Positions 36,637-45,659 of a stretch of DNA of 64,000 bases are shown piece by piece. Below the pieces are notes generated by a model that saw only the letters and a list, made by a program, of their open reading frames with translations, did not search any database and was not told where the DNA came from. Every line of letters begins with the position of its first letter. Position 1 is the stretch's first letter. The position numbers and the translations under genes are program-made. Source of the DNA: a virus (Duplodnaviria; Caudoviricetes); IMG/VR virus record IMGVR_UViG_2936345690_000002, one strand, 5' to 3'.

Positions 36637-38049
36637 CTACCAGATGCGGATGTCGGGGGTGACCGACCGGGTGCGCATCCAGTTCAGGAACTGCGTTGTG
36701 CTGTCCACCTGGTCGTCGTGCGGAGCGTTCGGAAAAGTCATCAGTTCCATCTCGTAATCGGTTAGCCAGGCGGCGTGCGTGGGCAGGCTCACCTTGCCCG
36801 CTTCCACGAGGGCGGAGACGGCGCTGGCACGGGTTTCTTTGTCTTTCTCCGGGTTGATCGCCAGCAACGGCAATTGCGTGCTATGTCGGAGATCCTGCAA
36901 AACCTGCTGGCCGGAGGATTTGTCCTCGATCAACACGGCGTTGGCGCCCCATGTTTCGGCGTGCTCGGCCACGCGGGCTTTGAGCTGAGGGTATTCCAGG
37001 CGTTTGACCAGCACATGCAGGAGGTCGTAGCCGTCCGGGCGTATGCCCCATGTGGTGCAGCAGCTCGGGTCATTCAATTCCGCCGCCTTGCTCGCGGTAT
37101 CCCAGCTCTGAACGATCTGCAGGTAGCTGTCCTGCGGCCGCTCGTGGCGTTTGAACCAGCCCGCCTTGAAGATGCCGCCTTCCGCCGGAGCCGGGCGTTG
37201 CTGGTACTGGCCGGCAAAGGCGTAGGAGCCCATGATATTCTTCTGTGCCTCGACCGCCGCCGCACTCTCGCGCTCGGGATGGAGCAGATCGCCTTCCTCG
37301 CGGACCACTTTGACGCGGCCGAAATCGATGACGGTGCGCGTCTCGGCAATCGCCGGGATGCAGAGGTTTTCCCATCCGCCCTTGGCCAGCAGGTGACCGG
37401 AGAGGTCATCCGCGTGAAGTCGCTGCATCACCACGACAATGACGCCGTTTTCTTTGTCGTCGAGGCGGGTGCAAAACCCCTGGTCGAACCACGTATTAGC
37501 TGTTTCCCGGTCAGCGTCCGAAAGGGCCTGCGCCGCATTCAGCGGGTCATCGACGATCAGGAAGTTGCCGCCTTCGCCGATGGCCGAGCCGCCGACCGAA
37601 GTGGCGAAGCGATGGCCGCGAGCGGTGGTGACGAATTTGCGTTTCTCGTTCTGGTCGCCGGTCAGGTGAACGCCGGGAAACACCCGCTTGTACCACTCCG
37701 ACTGGAGGATCAGGCGGGTATCCACGCTGTGCTTGAGCGACAGCACCTCGGCGTAGGAAGCGGCCAGGATGCGTTCGGATGGGTTATGCCCCAGCAGCCA
37801 TGCCGGCCATGCCACGGTGACCGAGATGGATTTCATGTAGCGCGGCGGTATGTTGATGATCAGCCGCTTGATCTCGCGACGGGTGCAGGCTTCGAGATAC
37901 TCCGCGATCAGGTCGATGTGCCAGTTGTGCTTGTAACTGGCGCCCGGATCGACCGTGGCGAAGGCTTTGCGGGTAAACGCCGCCAGGCGGGTGCGCAGGA
38001 GGGCGTCGAACGCCTTCTGGTCACTTACCTTGTTTTGCGTACTCGTCAA
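36637..38049 (-). CDS. terL: terminase large subunit
   Basis: NIPPRYMKS, IVDDP, MQRLH, SWDTA, IEDKSSG, HDDQVD. Confidence 0.95.
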   Translation of the reverse strand: MTSTQNKVSDQKAFDALLRTRLAAFTRKAFATVDPGASYKHNWHIDLIAEYLEACTRREIKRLIINIPPRYMKSISVTVAWPAWLLGHNPSERILAASYAEVLSLKHSVDTRLILQSEWYKRVFPGVHLTGDQNEKRKFVTTARGHRFATSVGGSAIGEGGNFLIVDDPLNAAQALSDADRETANTWFDQGFCTRLDDKENGVIVVVMQRLHADDLSGHLLAKGGWENLCIPAIAETRTVIDFGRVKVVREEGDLLHPERESAAAVEAQKNIMGSYAFAGQYQQRPAPAEGGIFKAGWFKRHERPQDSYLQIVQSWDTASKAAELNDPSCCTTWGIRPDGYDLLHVLVKRLEYPQLKARVAEHAETWGANAVLIEDKSSGQQVLQDLRHSTQLPLLAINPEKDKETRASAVSALVEAGKVSLPTHAAWLTDYEMELMTFPNAPHDDQVDSTTQFLNWMRTRSVTPDIRIW

Positions 38050-38530
38050 GCAGAGCCTTATCCTGCTCCGCCAGCTGTACCCCGTTCACGCTCACGTTCA
38101 CATTGGTATCGCCCTTGGAGCCAAATCGCTTCGGTGCCAGTTTCTCGGCCACCTTGATGCGCGTATCCACCCGCAGCTTGTCGCGTTGTGCGGTGGCGGC
38201 AAGGAACTCCTGCCGCGCCTGGCTATCCTGCGGTGAAACCCCATCGTCGTTGCTGCCGATATGCTCGCGCTCGGCGGGCTCGCCGTCTGCGATATCCACG
38301 GCCTCGTCCATGTAGGATTCCGCCTGCCAGTCGCGCGCACAGGCGTACTGGTCGCAAAACGCCTTGTATGTTTCCTCGCCAGCTGCACCTCTGGTAAGCC
38401 AACGGATCACGGTAGCTTTGTCCGGCATGTGCTCGTCGGAGCAGATTCGACGCAGCGATTCGCCGTTCGCCAACCGCTCACAGATGTCCGTGGCGAGCTT
38501 GGCGGAATATCGTGTCGGCCTTCCGGTCAT
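38021..38530 (-). CDS. terS: terminase small subunit
   Basis: GRPTRYS..LA..IC.RLANGESLR.IC, KLAPKRFG. Confidence 0.9.
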   Translation of the reverse strand: MTGRPTRYSAKLATDICERLANGESLRRICSDEHMPDKATVIRWLTRGAAGEETYKAFCDQYACARDWQAESYMDEAVDIADGEPAEREHIGSNDDGVSPQDSQARQEFLAATAQRDKLRVDTRIKVAEKLAPKRFGSKGDTNVNVSVNGVQLAEQDKALLDEYAKQGK

Positions 38531-38829
38531 TTCACATACTTCTCGGGAAAGCTGATCGCGGAAGCCACGCGCACCAGCTCCTCTTTCGCGATCAGGCGGA
38601 ACCGCACCGCGTCGTCATAATGGCCATCCTGCACCGGCTTCCCGAGCGACCGGTCGCCTTGCCTGGCCGGGAAGAGCGGCGTGTAATCGAAGTCGACCGG
38701 CACGTTGTTGCGGTCGTAAACCGTCTTGCCCTTGATAGCCGGCGGGTAATACTCGCCGTTCACGATTTTCTGGAAGATGGTGCCCTTGGGGCAGGACAGG
38801 AACGATATGCGGGATAGCTCCTTGCTCAT
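38527..38829 (-). CDS. hypothetical protein
   Basis: ATGA-coupled ORF. Confidence 0.55.
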   Translation of the reverse strand: MSKELSRISFLSCPKGTIFQKIVNGEYYPPAIKGKTVYDRNNVPVDFDYTPLFPARQGDRSLGKPVQDGHYDDAVRFRLIAKEELVRVASAISFPEKYVK

Positions 38830-39143
38830 CGCTTGACGAACTTTCCGTTGACGCGTGGCTGCGGCTGGCGGTTGACCTTCGGCTTTGCAGGCACGCAGTT
38901 TTCGGCCGGAGCCGCAGGGGTTTTCACCATCGCCTCGATCAGCTGCCTGCCCGATTCCGTCAGTTGGCGGTCCAGCTCCAGAACGATATCGCCATGGGCT
39001 TTCTCCCGGGATTCCTTGATCGCCTTCCGAAGCGAGCCGATGCCCTTCAGGACGTCCTTCTGCTGCCGATCAATCCTGGCGATGGCCCAGAGCACCAGCA
39101 TCAGCGCCAGTGCCAGCAGGATGACCAGCAGGGCGTTCATCAC
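38826..39143 (-). CDS. N-terminal TM hypothetical protein
   Basis: hydrophobic N-terminus; R.NGKFVK tail. Confidence 0.6.
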   Translation of the reverse strand: MMNALLVILLALALMLVLWAIARIDRQQKDVLKGIGSLRKAIKESREKAHGDIVLELDRQLTESGRQLIEAMVKTPAAPAENCVPAKPKVNRQPQPRVNGKFVKR

Positions 39144-39232
39144 GCGCGGCTCCCCAGGCAGGCCAGGAGTACGCGGAGCGGTAGCTGGACTGCGAGTCCG
39201 AACCAGAGCAGCGGCATAAGCAAAACCTGTGC

Positions 39233-39258
39233 AAAAAGAAACCCCGCGTTGGCGGGGT
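39233..39258 (-). terminator. intrinsic terminator in the late leader
   Basis: ACCCCGC-CAAC-GCGGGGT-TTCTTTTT. Confidence 0.7.
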
Positions 39259-39354
39259 GGAGTGAATTCGATGAGGAGGAATGATGCCAGACGGTCCTAC
39301 AAAAAACGCTCTAAAACCCATGGTTCAGGCGCGCGAACCCCTCTTACGAAAAAC

Positions 39355-39383
39355 AGGCTAGCATACGGAAAATTTATGCGCAA
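39355..39383 (-). promoter_or_regulatory. candidate late promoter
   Basis: TTGCGC-17bp-TAGCCT about 100 nt upstream of the terminator. Confidence 0.5.
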
Positions 39384-39395
39384 GCGTTTTCGAAC

Positions 39396-40124
39396 TTATG
39401 CTGCGTTTATGCCTTCACGCTTCTTCTGCCGCATCTCGCGGTTCGCCTCGCTCCAGGCGTTCGGGTTCTGCCGGTATTCGTCCGCATCGCGGTTGATGGT
39501 GTTGATCGCGTCGGCCATGCGGCGGAACGCATCCAGGAAGGGCTCCCGATTAGCGCATACCCCGATCACCTGCTTTTCGGTCGGGTGGGAGCTGACCAGG
39601 ATATCCACCAGGCGGAGGTCTTTGCGGTCGATTTTCTCCAGCAGCTTGGCGAAACGATCTTCCTTGCTCCAGGCCTCCGGATCGCCGGTGCCGACGTTGG
39701 AATAGCGGGCAGCCTCGGTGACCGCGTAGAATGCGGCGCGCCAATCGGCGTAAATGCTGGCGTGCGTTTGCGAACCGTCGTCCAGAACGCCTTTTTCGAT
39801 CAGCGATGCCAGGATGGACTGGTTCTTGAACCCGGCATGCGTGATGACCCCGTGCAGGATGCGTACCCAGGCGGTACCGGACTGGAAATAGCCGTCGGCG
39901 CGGGGAATGGCGATACCGTGCTGCTCAGGCCATCCACACGGCACGAAATCGTCGGCATGGCCCGGATGCCGGGCGGTGGCCGCTTGCCCCTGCTTCCGCA
40001 TCAGCCGCTCGACGGACTGTTTCAGCTGCCTGTTCTCCGCCAACGTCAGCCGGAGCTGCTTCAGGAGGTCTTTCTTCTTGGCTTGCGTCCAATCATTCTC
40101 GGCTTCGGCGGGGGTGTCGGTCAT
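39396..40124 (-). CDS. hypothetical protein, candidate late regulator by position
   Basis: 242 aa directly upstream of the late leader. Confidence 0.6.
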   Translation of the reverse strand: MTDTPAEAENDWTQAKKKDLLKQLRLTLAENRQLKQSVERLMRKQGQAATARHPGHADDFVPCGWPEQHGIAIPRADGYFQSGTAWVRILHGVITHAGFKNQSILASLIEKGVLDDGSQTHASIYADWRAAFYAVTEAARYSNVGTGDPEAWSKEDRFAKLLEKIDRKDLRLVDILVSSHPTEKQVIGVCANREPFLDAFRRMADAINTINRDADEYRQNPNAWSEANREMRQKKREGINAA

Positions 40125-40309
40125 GCGGGGGCTGGCTCAGGTGGGTTTGACCAGCCTTAGCAGTAAATTCCGCGTCAGGCAAGTGACGCTTTGGTGTAAG
40201 CGCGGCGTAAATGCACGGTCACGCAGGCCCTTGCGGGGAAAGGCGGCCGATGTGAACCGCTGCGCCCGTGCTGCCGGTGTTACAAAGCCACTACCGGCTT
40301 GGCCATGCG

Positions 40310-40693
40310 TCATTTGCCGTTGTCCTCCGGCGATAGCGATTCCCGCTCCGGCCACGGAAAGGGTTTGCCGTCACGCTGTACGATGCGCATTTCGTCTTTT
40401 CGGCCGGTGAATTCGGAATCGAAATTGCGGAAGATCAGGTCATCACCTCGAATTTCCAAGAGCCTCCAGCCGATCGCGCCACGGTTCGTGAGCATGTCAC
40501 CCACCCGCGCCTCCGCCTTCGCCACGCTCTCCGGCGGCAGGTAGCACTTCACGCCTTCCGCCCGGGAGCGGATCGGGTCGCACAGGCGTTCCATCGTGAA
40601 CGGCGAGCCTACCCGGTCCACGGTCTGGATGTCGTGATCGAGCAGCGCGGCCAGGGCGTGGTGGGGCTGGCGGTAGAGGAAACGCTCCGTCAT
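40310..40693 (-). CDS. hypothetical protein
   Basis: ATGA coupling. Confidence 0.55.
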   Translation of the reverse strand: MTERFLYRQPHHALAALLDHDIQTVDRVGSPFTMERLCDPIRSRAEGVKCYLPPESVAKAEARVGDMLTNRGAIGWRLLEIRGDDLIFRNFDSEFTGRKDEMRIVQRDGKPFPWPERESLSPEDNGK

Positions 40694-41256
40694 GCCGCCC
40701 CCGCGAATCGTGCCTGCAGCTGCCGCTCGCGGGCGTCCATTGCCTCGAAGGCACTCAGCAGGGCCTGGAACAACGGCCAATCCTTCCGCTTGAATTCACC
40801 GAGCTGGGCTACGGTATCCTCCCTGGCCGCAACTGCTTTGCGGATATCGGCTTCTGTGTAATTCGCCTTGCCATCCCGCCAGGCGCCGATCCAGATGCTA
40901 AGGCCAACGCCCCGCTCCAACGCCATCTGCCCGATGGGGGAACGCATCAGCCGTTCGGCCAGCGCGGTGTTGGCGTGGCAGAAATACTCCTTCCGGTCCT
41001 GCGGGTTCGAGATGACAGTGCTGGACTGCCGCTCGGCCTTGAGGTGTTCCATGAAATGCGCGATGGTCGGTCGGGTCTTGCAGCTGAGCCGGACCTCTCG
41101 CCATGCTGCATCCAGAGCCTGCTCGCTGAATCTGCCCAAATCGTCGACGTAAGCCTTGATTTGGTCATCGCTCAGCATTCGCATCCCGAAATAGTTGACC
41201 ATTGGATCGATGACAGCGCGTTTTACTTTGTCGTAGTTGATTTCCTTAGCTTGCAT
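40690..41256 (-). CDS. replication-associated protein (possible helicase loader)
   Basis: directly after the initiator; LGRFS..AL..AW....PTIA. Confidence 0.6.
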   Translation of the reverse strand: MQAKEINYDKVKRAVIDPMVNYFGMRMLSDDQIKAYVDDLGRFSEQALDAAWREVRLSCKTRPTIAHFMEHLKAERQSSTVISNPQDRKEYFCHANTALAERLMRSPIGQMALERGVGLSIWIGAWRDGKANYTEADIRKAVAAREDTVAQLGEFKRKDWPLFQALLSAFEAMDARERQLQARFAGAA

Positions 41257-42064
41257 TGAAATTCTCCCTCATGCGTTTGTCCTGTGCTATTCGTTCCTCC
41301 CTCGCCGCCTTGGCGGAAAGGATGGCGTGCGTGAAATACCTGAAACTACCGATATCCCCTCCCTTGGCGGCGATGCGGTCATCCACCGAGGGGATGATGT
41401 CCTGCTCGACATCGCATCCGGCGTTGAGCCATTCATCGATTTCGGGTGATGCGCGTGCCGCGAGCTGCGGCAGGCGGCCGCAGATGTAATCCCTGACCCG
41501 CCGGTGGTCGGGGTGGTTCTGGGCTGGCATCATCCGCGGTGATTTCGGAGGCGGCGGATGGGTCTCCTCGCGTGTGCGCGCGTGCGCGCCGTTCGCGACG
41601 TTGATTCCTTTACTGGATTCATAATTCATGATTCCTATACCTACCATGCAACTGCCGTTATCTAACGGTGCTTTAACGGTTAGGGCACCGTTATTTTCCT
41701 CAAGATGCTGATAATGCACCGTGTTTTTTTCGGTCGCCTCGGGGAGGCTGCTTTCGCGCTCCGTTTTGTGGGGCGATTGGTGCTGGCGGAACTTGTTTAT
41801 CCAAATGTAAAGCAACGCATCGTGCACATAGAAGGTTAGGAAGCCCAACCGTGCCAGTTCCGTTAGATAACGGTTAAGTAACGGGAGATCGATGTCGTCG
41901 TACGGGAAGATCTGCTTTCTCAGCTTCTTGGGACGGTATTCCAGCCGCCCTTCCTTGTCGGCCTCCGTCCACAACCCGATGAAAAGAAGCCTGGCGGCGA
42001 AGTCAAGTTCTGCCAAATGCTCGTTTTCGAAGAAGGACGGCTTGATGTTGCGTGCTCGTGCCAT
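41246..42064 (-). CDS. phage replication initiator (replisome organiser)
   Basis: MARARNIKPSFF, ARLLFIGLW..AD.EGR, F..HQSPH; internal repeats. Confidence 0.85.
   Translation of the reverse strand: MARARNIKPSFFENEHLAELDFAARLLFIGLWTEADKEGRLEYRPKKLRKQIFPYDDIDLPLLNRYLTELARLGFLTFYVHDALLYIWINKFRQHQSPHKTERESSLPEATEKNTVHYQHLEENNGALTVKAPLDNGSCMVGIGIMNYESSKGINVANGAHARTREETHPPPPKSPRMMPAQNHPDHRRVRDYICGRLPQLAARASPEIDEWLNAGCDVEQDIIPSVDDRIAAKGGDIGSFRYFTHAILSAKAAREERIAQDKRMRENFNAS
41610..41875. repeat. iteron-like TAACGG repeats, candidate replication origin
   Basis: TAACGG/CCGTTA six times; CCGTTATCTAACGG (41655) and its reverse complement (41860). Confidence 0.6.
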
Positions 42065-42183
42065 AATCCCTTACGCCCCCCTTATGCCGCCGGCAGCATG
42101 ACCGGATTGCCGCTTGATGTCGCCTGGTATCTCCTGGAACCCCCGCCAGATGCGGGGTGACTGGCTCTCGCGCTGTTTCATGG

Positions 42184-42384
42184 TCATGTCCCGCCCGATG
42201 GCGGCGGGGTCATGCCTGCCCGCTTCAACTTCTCGTCGAATTCCCTCCGCAGCGCATCCAGCTGCTTATCGACCGCTTCACAGACCATCGCGGCTTGCGG
42301 GGATATCTTCGTTTCCTGGTAGCTCGCCGTTCCGAGCTTTTTCTTCTCCCGTACGATGATCCCCAGCTGCTCAATGGTTCGCAT
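42184..42384 (-). CDS. hypothetical protein
   Basis: RBS AGGAGG; MRTIEQLG. Confidence 0.55.
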   Translation of the reverse strand: MRTIEQLGIIVREKKKLGTASYQETKISPQAAMVCEAVDKQLDALRREFDEKLKRAGMTPPPSGGT

Positions 42385-42526
42385 TGGCTGCCTCCTGCTC
42401 AATCTGACGGAGAAGGAGCGTTGAGAGGTAGTTGCTCGGCGAACGGTTCTCGCCCTGGGCCTTCTCCTCAATCCACTTTTGAATTTCCTCGGGAAGATAA
42501 TAGGTTGCGTTGCTCTTCTTACTCAT
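42371..42526 (-). CDS. ribbon-helix-helix (Arc/CopG-like) regulator 1
   Basis: hand-translated MSKKSNATYYLPEEIQKWIEEKAQGENRSPSNYLSTLL; 51 aa. Confidence 0.75.
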   Translation of the reverse strand: MSKKSNATYYLPEEIQKWIEEKAQGENRSPSNYLSTLLLRQIEQEAANANH

Positions 42527-42550
42527 AGTGTACTATCCCTTAATTAGTGG

Positions 42551-42588
42551 TTGACTAATTGCATATATTAGATTACGTCTAAAGTCAA
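42551..42588. promoter_or_regulatory. overlapping divergent promoters
   Basis: plus TTGACT-17-TACGTC; minus TTGACT-17-TATGCA; AT-rich. Confidence 0.6.
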
Positions 42589-42624
42589 GAGCGGCGAGGT
42601 TGCCGCGATAATCATGGAGGGAAC

Positions 42625-42780
42625 ATGCAAAAATCACATCTCACGCTTGTCGTAAACCGCCTGCCGCGCGCCGAGCAGCTACCGCTCTGGCTTGCCGTGC
42701 CGTTCGGGACGCTCTCCCTAATGGCGTTCATGGGCCTGATGCTCTTCGGCGTCGCCCTGCTGCATTCGTTCGCCGGGTAG
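42625..42780 (+). CDS. small membrane protein
   Basis: RBS GGAGG; 51 aa with hydrophobic C-terminal half. Confidence 0.55.
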   Translation: MQKSHLTLVVNRLPRAEQLPLWLAVPFGTLSLMAFMGLMLFGVALLHSFAG

Positions 42781-42784
42781 CGCC

Positions 42785-43933
42785 ATGGAAGCGATCACCC
42801 CATCCGATGATCAGGCGAAAGCGATCCGGGCAATCGTTGATTGGTTCGGCGATGACAGCCGCGAGGAATTCTATCTGGCCGGTTTCGCCGGGGTCGGCAA
42901 GTCCACGATTGCCAACCTCGCCATCGAAGAGATCAAGGAGCAGCATAACGTCAGCAAGGTGCGAACCGCCGCATATACCGGCAAGGCCGCTTCCGTGCTC
43001 CGGAAGAAAGGCATCGAAGACGCCAGCACGATCCACAGCTTGATCTACACGCCGAAAGTGGATGAAGAGACCGGCGAGCTGAAATTCACCCTGTCGGAGG
43101 AGTCTGCGGCGGCGGAAGCAGACCTGATCGTGCTCGACGAATGCTCCATGATCGACGACCGCCTGGCCGACGACCTGCGTTCCTTCGGCAAGAAAATCCT
43201 CGTCATGGGCGATCCTGGGCAGCTGCCGCCGGTCAATGGCCAGGGCGCGTTCACCCGCAACGTGCCGGACGTCTTCCTGCATGAAATCCACCGCCAGAGC
43301 GCCGAAAGCCCGATCATCGAGCTGGCCACGCTGGCGCGCCAGGGGCTGCCCATCCCCCGGAACTACCGGAAGGGCGACGTGGAAGCCATGGTGTTGACCA
43401 AGGCGACGCAGGAGCTGATCTATCGGGAAACCACCCAGCCGATCTGCGGCCTGAACCGCGTCCGCTGGACCTATACCCAGCGGATGCGTGCCCGGAAGGG
43501 TTTCAGCGGCGAGCATCCTGTGGCAGGCGAGCGGATCATCTGCTGCCGGAACAATAACAAAAAGGGCTTGTTCAACGGCGGCATGGGGCAGTTGGTCACC
43601 CGGGGAGCGGACATCATCGGCGTGCGCGAGATCTATTCGCTCACCGTGGACATGGATGATCTGCACGGCACCACGGAGGATTTGCTGACCGACCCCTACC
43701 TCTTCGCCCACCACTTCAATGAGGGTAAGGCGCAGAAGATCCAGGGCGCGCGGCCGATGCTGAACGAGTTCGATTGGGGATACATCATCACCGCGCACAA
43801 GGCTCAGGGCAGTTCCTGGGACCACGTGACGGTGATAGATGACAGCGGGGCGTTTCGGGATAACCGCCGCAACTGGCTCTATACCGCCATCACACGGGCG
43901 GAGACTGGATTAACACTTTTGATGAGGGACTAA
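42785..43933 (+). CDS. RecD2/Dda-like SF1B helicase
   Basis: GFAGVGKS, DECSM, GDPGQLPPV, TAHKAQGS, YTAITRA. Confidence 0.92.
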   Translation: MEAITPSDDQAKAIRAIVDWFGDDSREEFYLAGFAGVGKSTIANLAIEEIKEQHNVSKVRTAAYTGKAASVLRKKGIEDASTIHSLIYTPKVDEETGELKFTLSEESAAAEADLIVLDECSMIDDRLADDLRSFGKKILVMGDPGQLPPVNGQGAFTRNVPDVFLHEIHRQSAESPIIELATLARQGLPIPRNYRKGDVEAMVLTKATQELIYRETTQPICGLNRVRWTYTQRMRARKGFSGEHPVAGERIICCRNNNKKGLFNGGMGQLVTRGADIIGVREIYSLTVDMDDLHGTTEDLLTDPYLFAHHFNEGKAQKIQGARPMLNEFDWGYIITAHKAQGSSWDHVTVIDDSGAFRDNRRNWLYTAITRAETGLTLLMRD

Positions 43934-43935
43934 CG

Positions 43936-44706
43936 ATGACCACGCTAGCACTACCGACGATCGGGCATAATGCCCCACCAAGTGACGCCGAAATGCTCCG
44001 CGAATCGCTGCTCAGCGCGCACGAATCGCTGCTGACCAACGCCGAAAAGCTGGTCGAAAGCGTCGGCCGCATCCCCGAGCGATGCGAGGATGATTCTACC
44101 GCCGGAAAGATCGGCGATCTGATCAAGCTGCTGACCGGGCAGCGGAAGAACCTCGAATCCGCCCGTGTCGCCGAGAAGGAGCCGTTCCTGTCGCTCGGAC
44201 GCGCGGTAGATGGGTTCTTCAAGGGCTACATCGACCAGCTGGATGCCGCCAAGACGAAAGCCCAGAAGCCGCTCGACGCCTACCTCAAGCTGAAAGCCGA
44301 GGAAGAGCGCCGCCGTCGTCTGGAAGAGGCGGAAGCCCTGCGTCTTCAGGCGGAGAAGGAAGCCGAAGCCGCCGCCGCCCTGGAAGCGGCCCAACTCCAG
44401 CCGCTCGCGGAATCCGCCCTGGATCAGGCCCAGGTGACCGAGCAGCAGGCCTTACGCGCCCACGCCTCCGCTGCAGCCAAGCCCGCCGGTATGGCCCAAG
44501 CTCGCGGCTCAAGCGGCAGCCTGGCCAGCCTCCGCACCCGCTGGGTGGGCGAGGTGACTGATCGCAACCAGCTCGATCTGGACGCCCTGCGGGCGCATAT
44601 CCCGCTGGAAGCCCTGCAGAAGGCGGTCAACGCCTTCGTGGCGGCCGGTGGCCGGGAGCTGAAGGGTGCCAAGATCTTTGAGAAATCCGAAGCGGTGGTG
44701 AGGTAG
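43936..44706 (+). CDS. coiled-coil protein of the recombination module
   Basis: IGHN.PP, EK.PFL..GR.VD.FF, RELKGAKIFE. Confidence 0.75.
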   Translation: MTTLALPTIGHNAPPSDAEMLRESLLSAHESLLTNAEKLVESVGRIPERCEDDSTAGKIGDLIKLLTGQRKNLESARVAEKEPFLSLGRAVDGFFKGYIDQLDAAKTKAQKPLDAYLKLKAEEERRRRLEEAEALRLQAEKEAEAAAALEAAQLQPLAESALDQAQVTEQQALRAHASAAAKPAGMAQARGSSGSLASLRTRWVGEVTDRNQLDLDALRAHIPLEALQKAVNAFVAAGGRELKGAKIFEKSEAVVR

Positions 44707-44709
44707 GTA

Positions 44710-45624
44710 GTGCAGACGAGCAAAATTGAAACCGGAACACCCGAATGGCATGCCCAGCGTCGGACCGGGATCGGCGGGAGTGATTGCGCCGCCGTCCTCG
44801 GGCTCTCCAAATGGAAATCCCCGTATCAGCTCTACCTGGAGAAGATCGGCGAGGCCGAACCGGAAGACGAAACGTGGGAAATGATGCGGGGGAAGGCGAT
44901 GGAGCCGCTGTTACGGCAGCATTACGCCGACACTACCGGGCAGGTCGTCATGCTACCTGATGGTGCAATTCGGAGCGATGCGTATCCTTTCATGATCTAC
45001 AACCCGGACGGGTTGACCGAAGACCGACTGCAGGAGTTCAAAACGGCCGCGTACGGCAAGGAATGGGGTGAAGCAGGGAGTGACGAGATCCCGCATGAGT
45101 ATCTCCTGCAGGTCCAGCACGGCATGATCGTGACGGGAAGGCAGGTCGCGGACGTCACCGTTTCGATCGCCTCCAACCGGCCGAAATACTTCGTTGTCCA
45201 GGCCGATCCCGAGTTGCAGGAGATCATCGTTGAGGCCGAGGCACAATTCTGGCGGATGGTGGAAGACCGCACCCCGCCCGAGCCCATCTCAAACGAAGAT
45301 TGCGCCCGCATCTATAGGGCGGTGAGTCTGGGCGCGAGCACGTTAGCGACGGTAGATATCCAGGAGGCACTGGAGGAGCTGAAAGCACTGAAGGCTGTCG
45401 CGAAAAGGGTAGAAACCGAGGAGGAAGCGCTGCAAGTCAAAATCAAAGCCTATATGGGCGAATGCGAGTCGCTCGTGGACGAAGGTGGGAAGACCTTAGC
45501 GACATGGAAACTGGCGAAAGGTGCGGAGCGCATCGACGCCGCAAGCCTGAGGAAAGAGCAGCCTTCCATAGCTCAGCGATACACCGTTATCGGCGAGCCG
45601 AACCGGCGATTCCTGCTGAAATAA
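44710..45624 (+). CDS. YqaJ-like (lambda Exo family) exonuclease
   Basis: W...RRTGIGGSD, PDG, EFKTA, YLLQVQH. Confidence 0.92.
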   Translation: MQTSKIETGTPEWHAQRRTGIGGSDCAAVLGLSKWKSPYQLYLEKIGEAEPEDETWEMMRGKAMEPLLRQHYADTTGQVVMLPDGAIRSDAYPFMIYNPDGLTEDRLQEFKTAAYGKEWGEAGSDEIPHEYLLQVQHGMIVTGRQVADVTVSIASNRPKYFVVQADPELQEIIVEAEAQFWRMVEDRTPPEPISNEDCARIYRAVSLGASTLATVDIQEALEELKALKAVAKRVETEEEALQVKIKAYMGECESLVDEGGKTLATWKLAKGAERIDAASLRKEQPSIAQRYTVIGEPNRRFLLK

Positions 45625-45659
45625 TCAATAATCAATCAACTCAAAAAAGGAGAAACACC

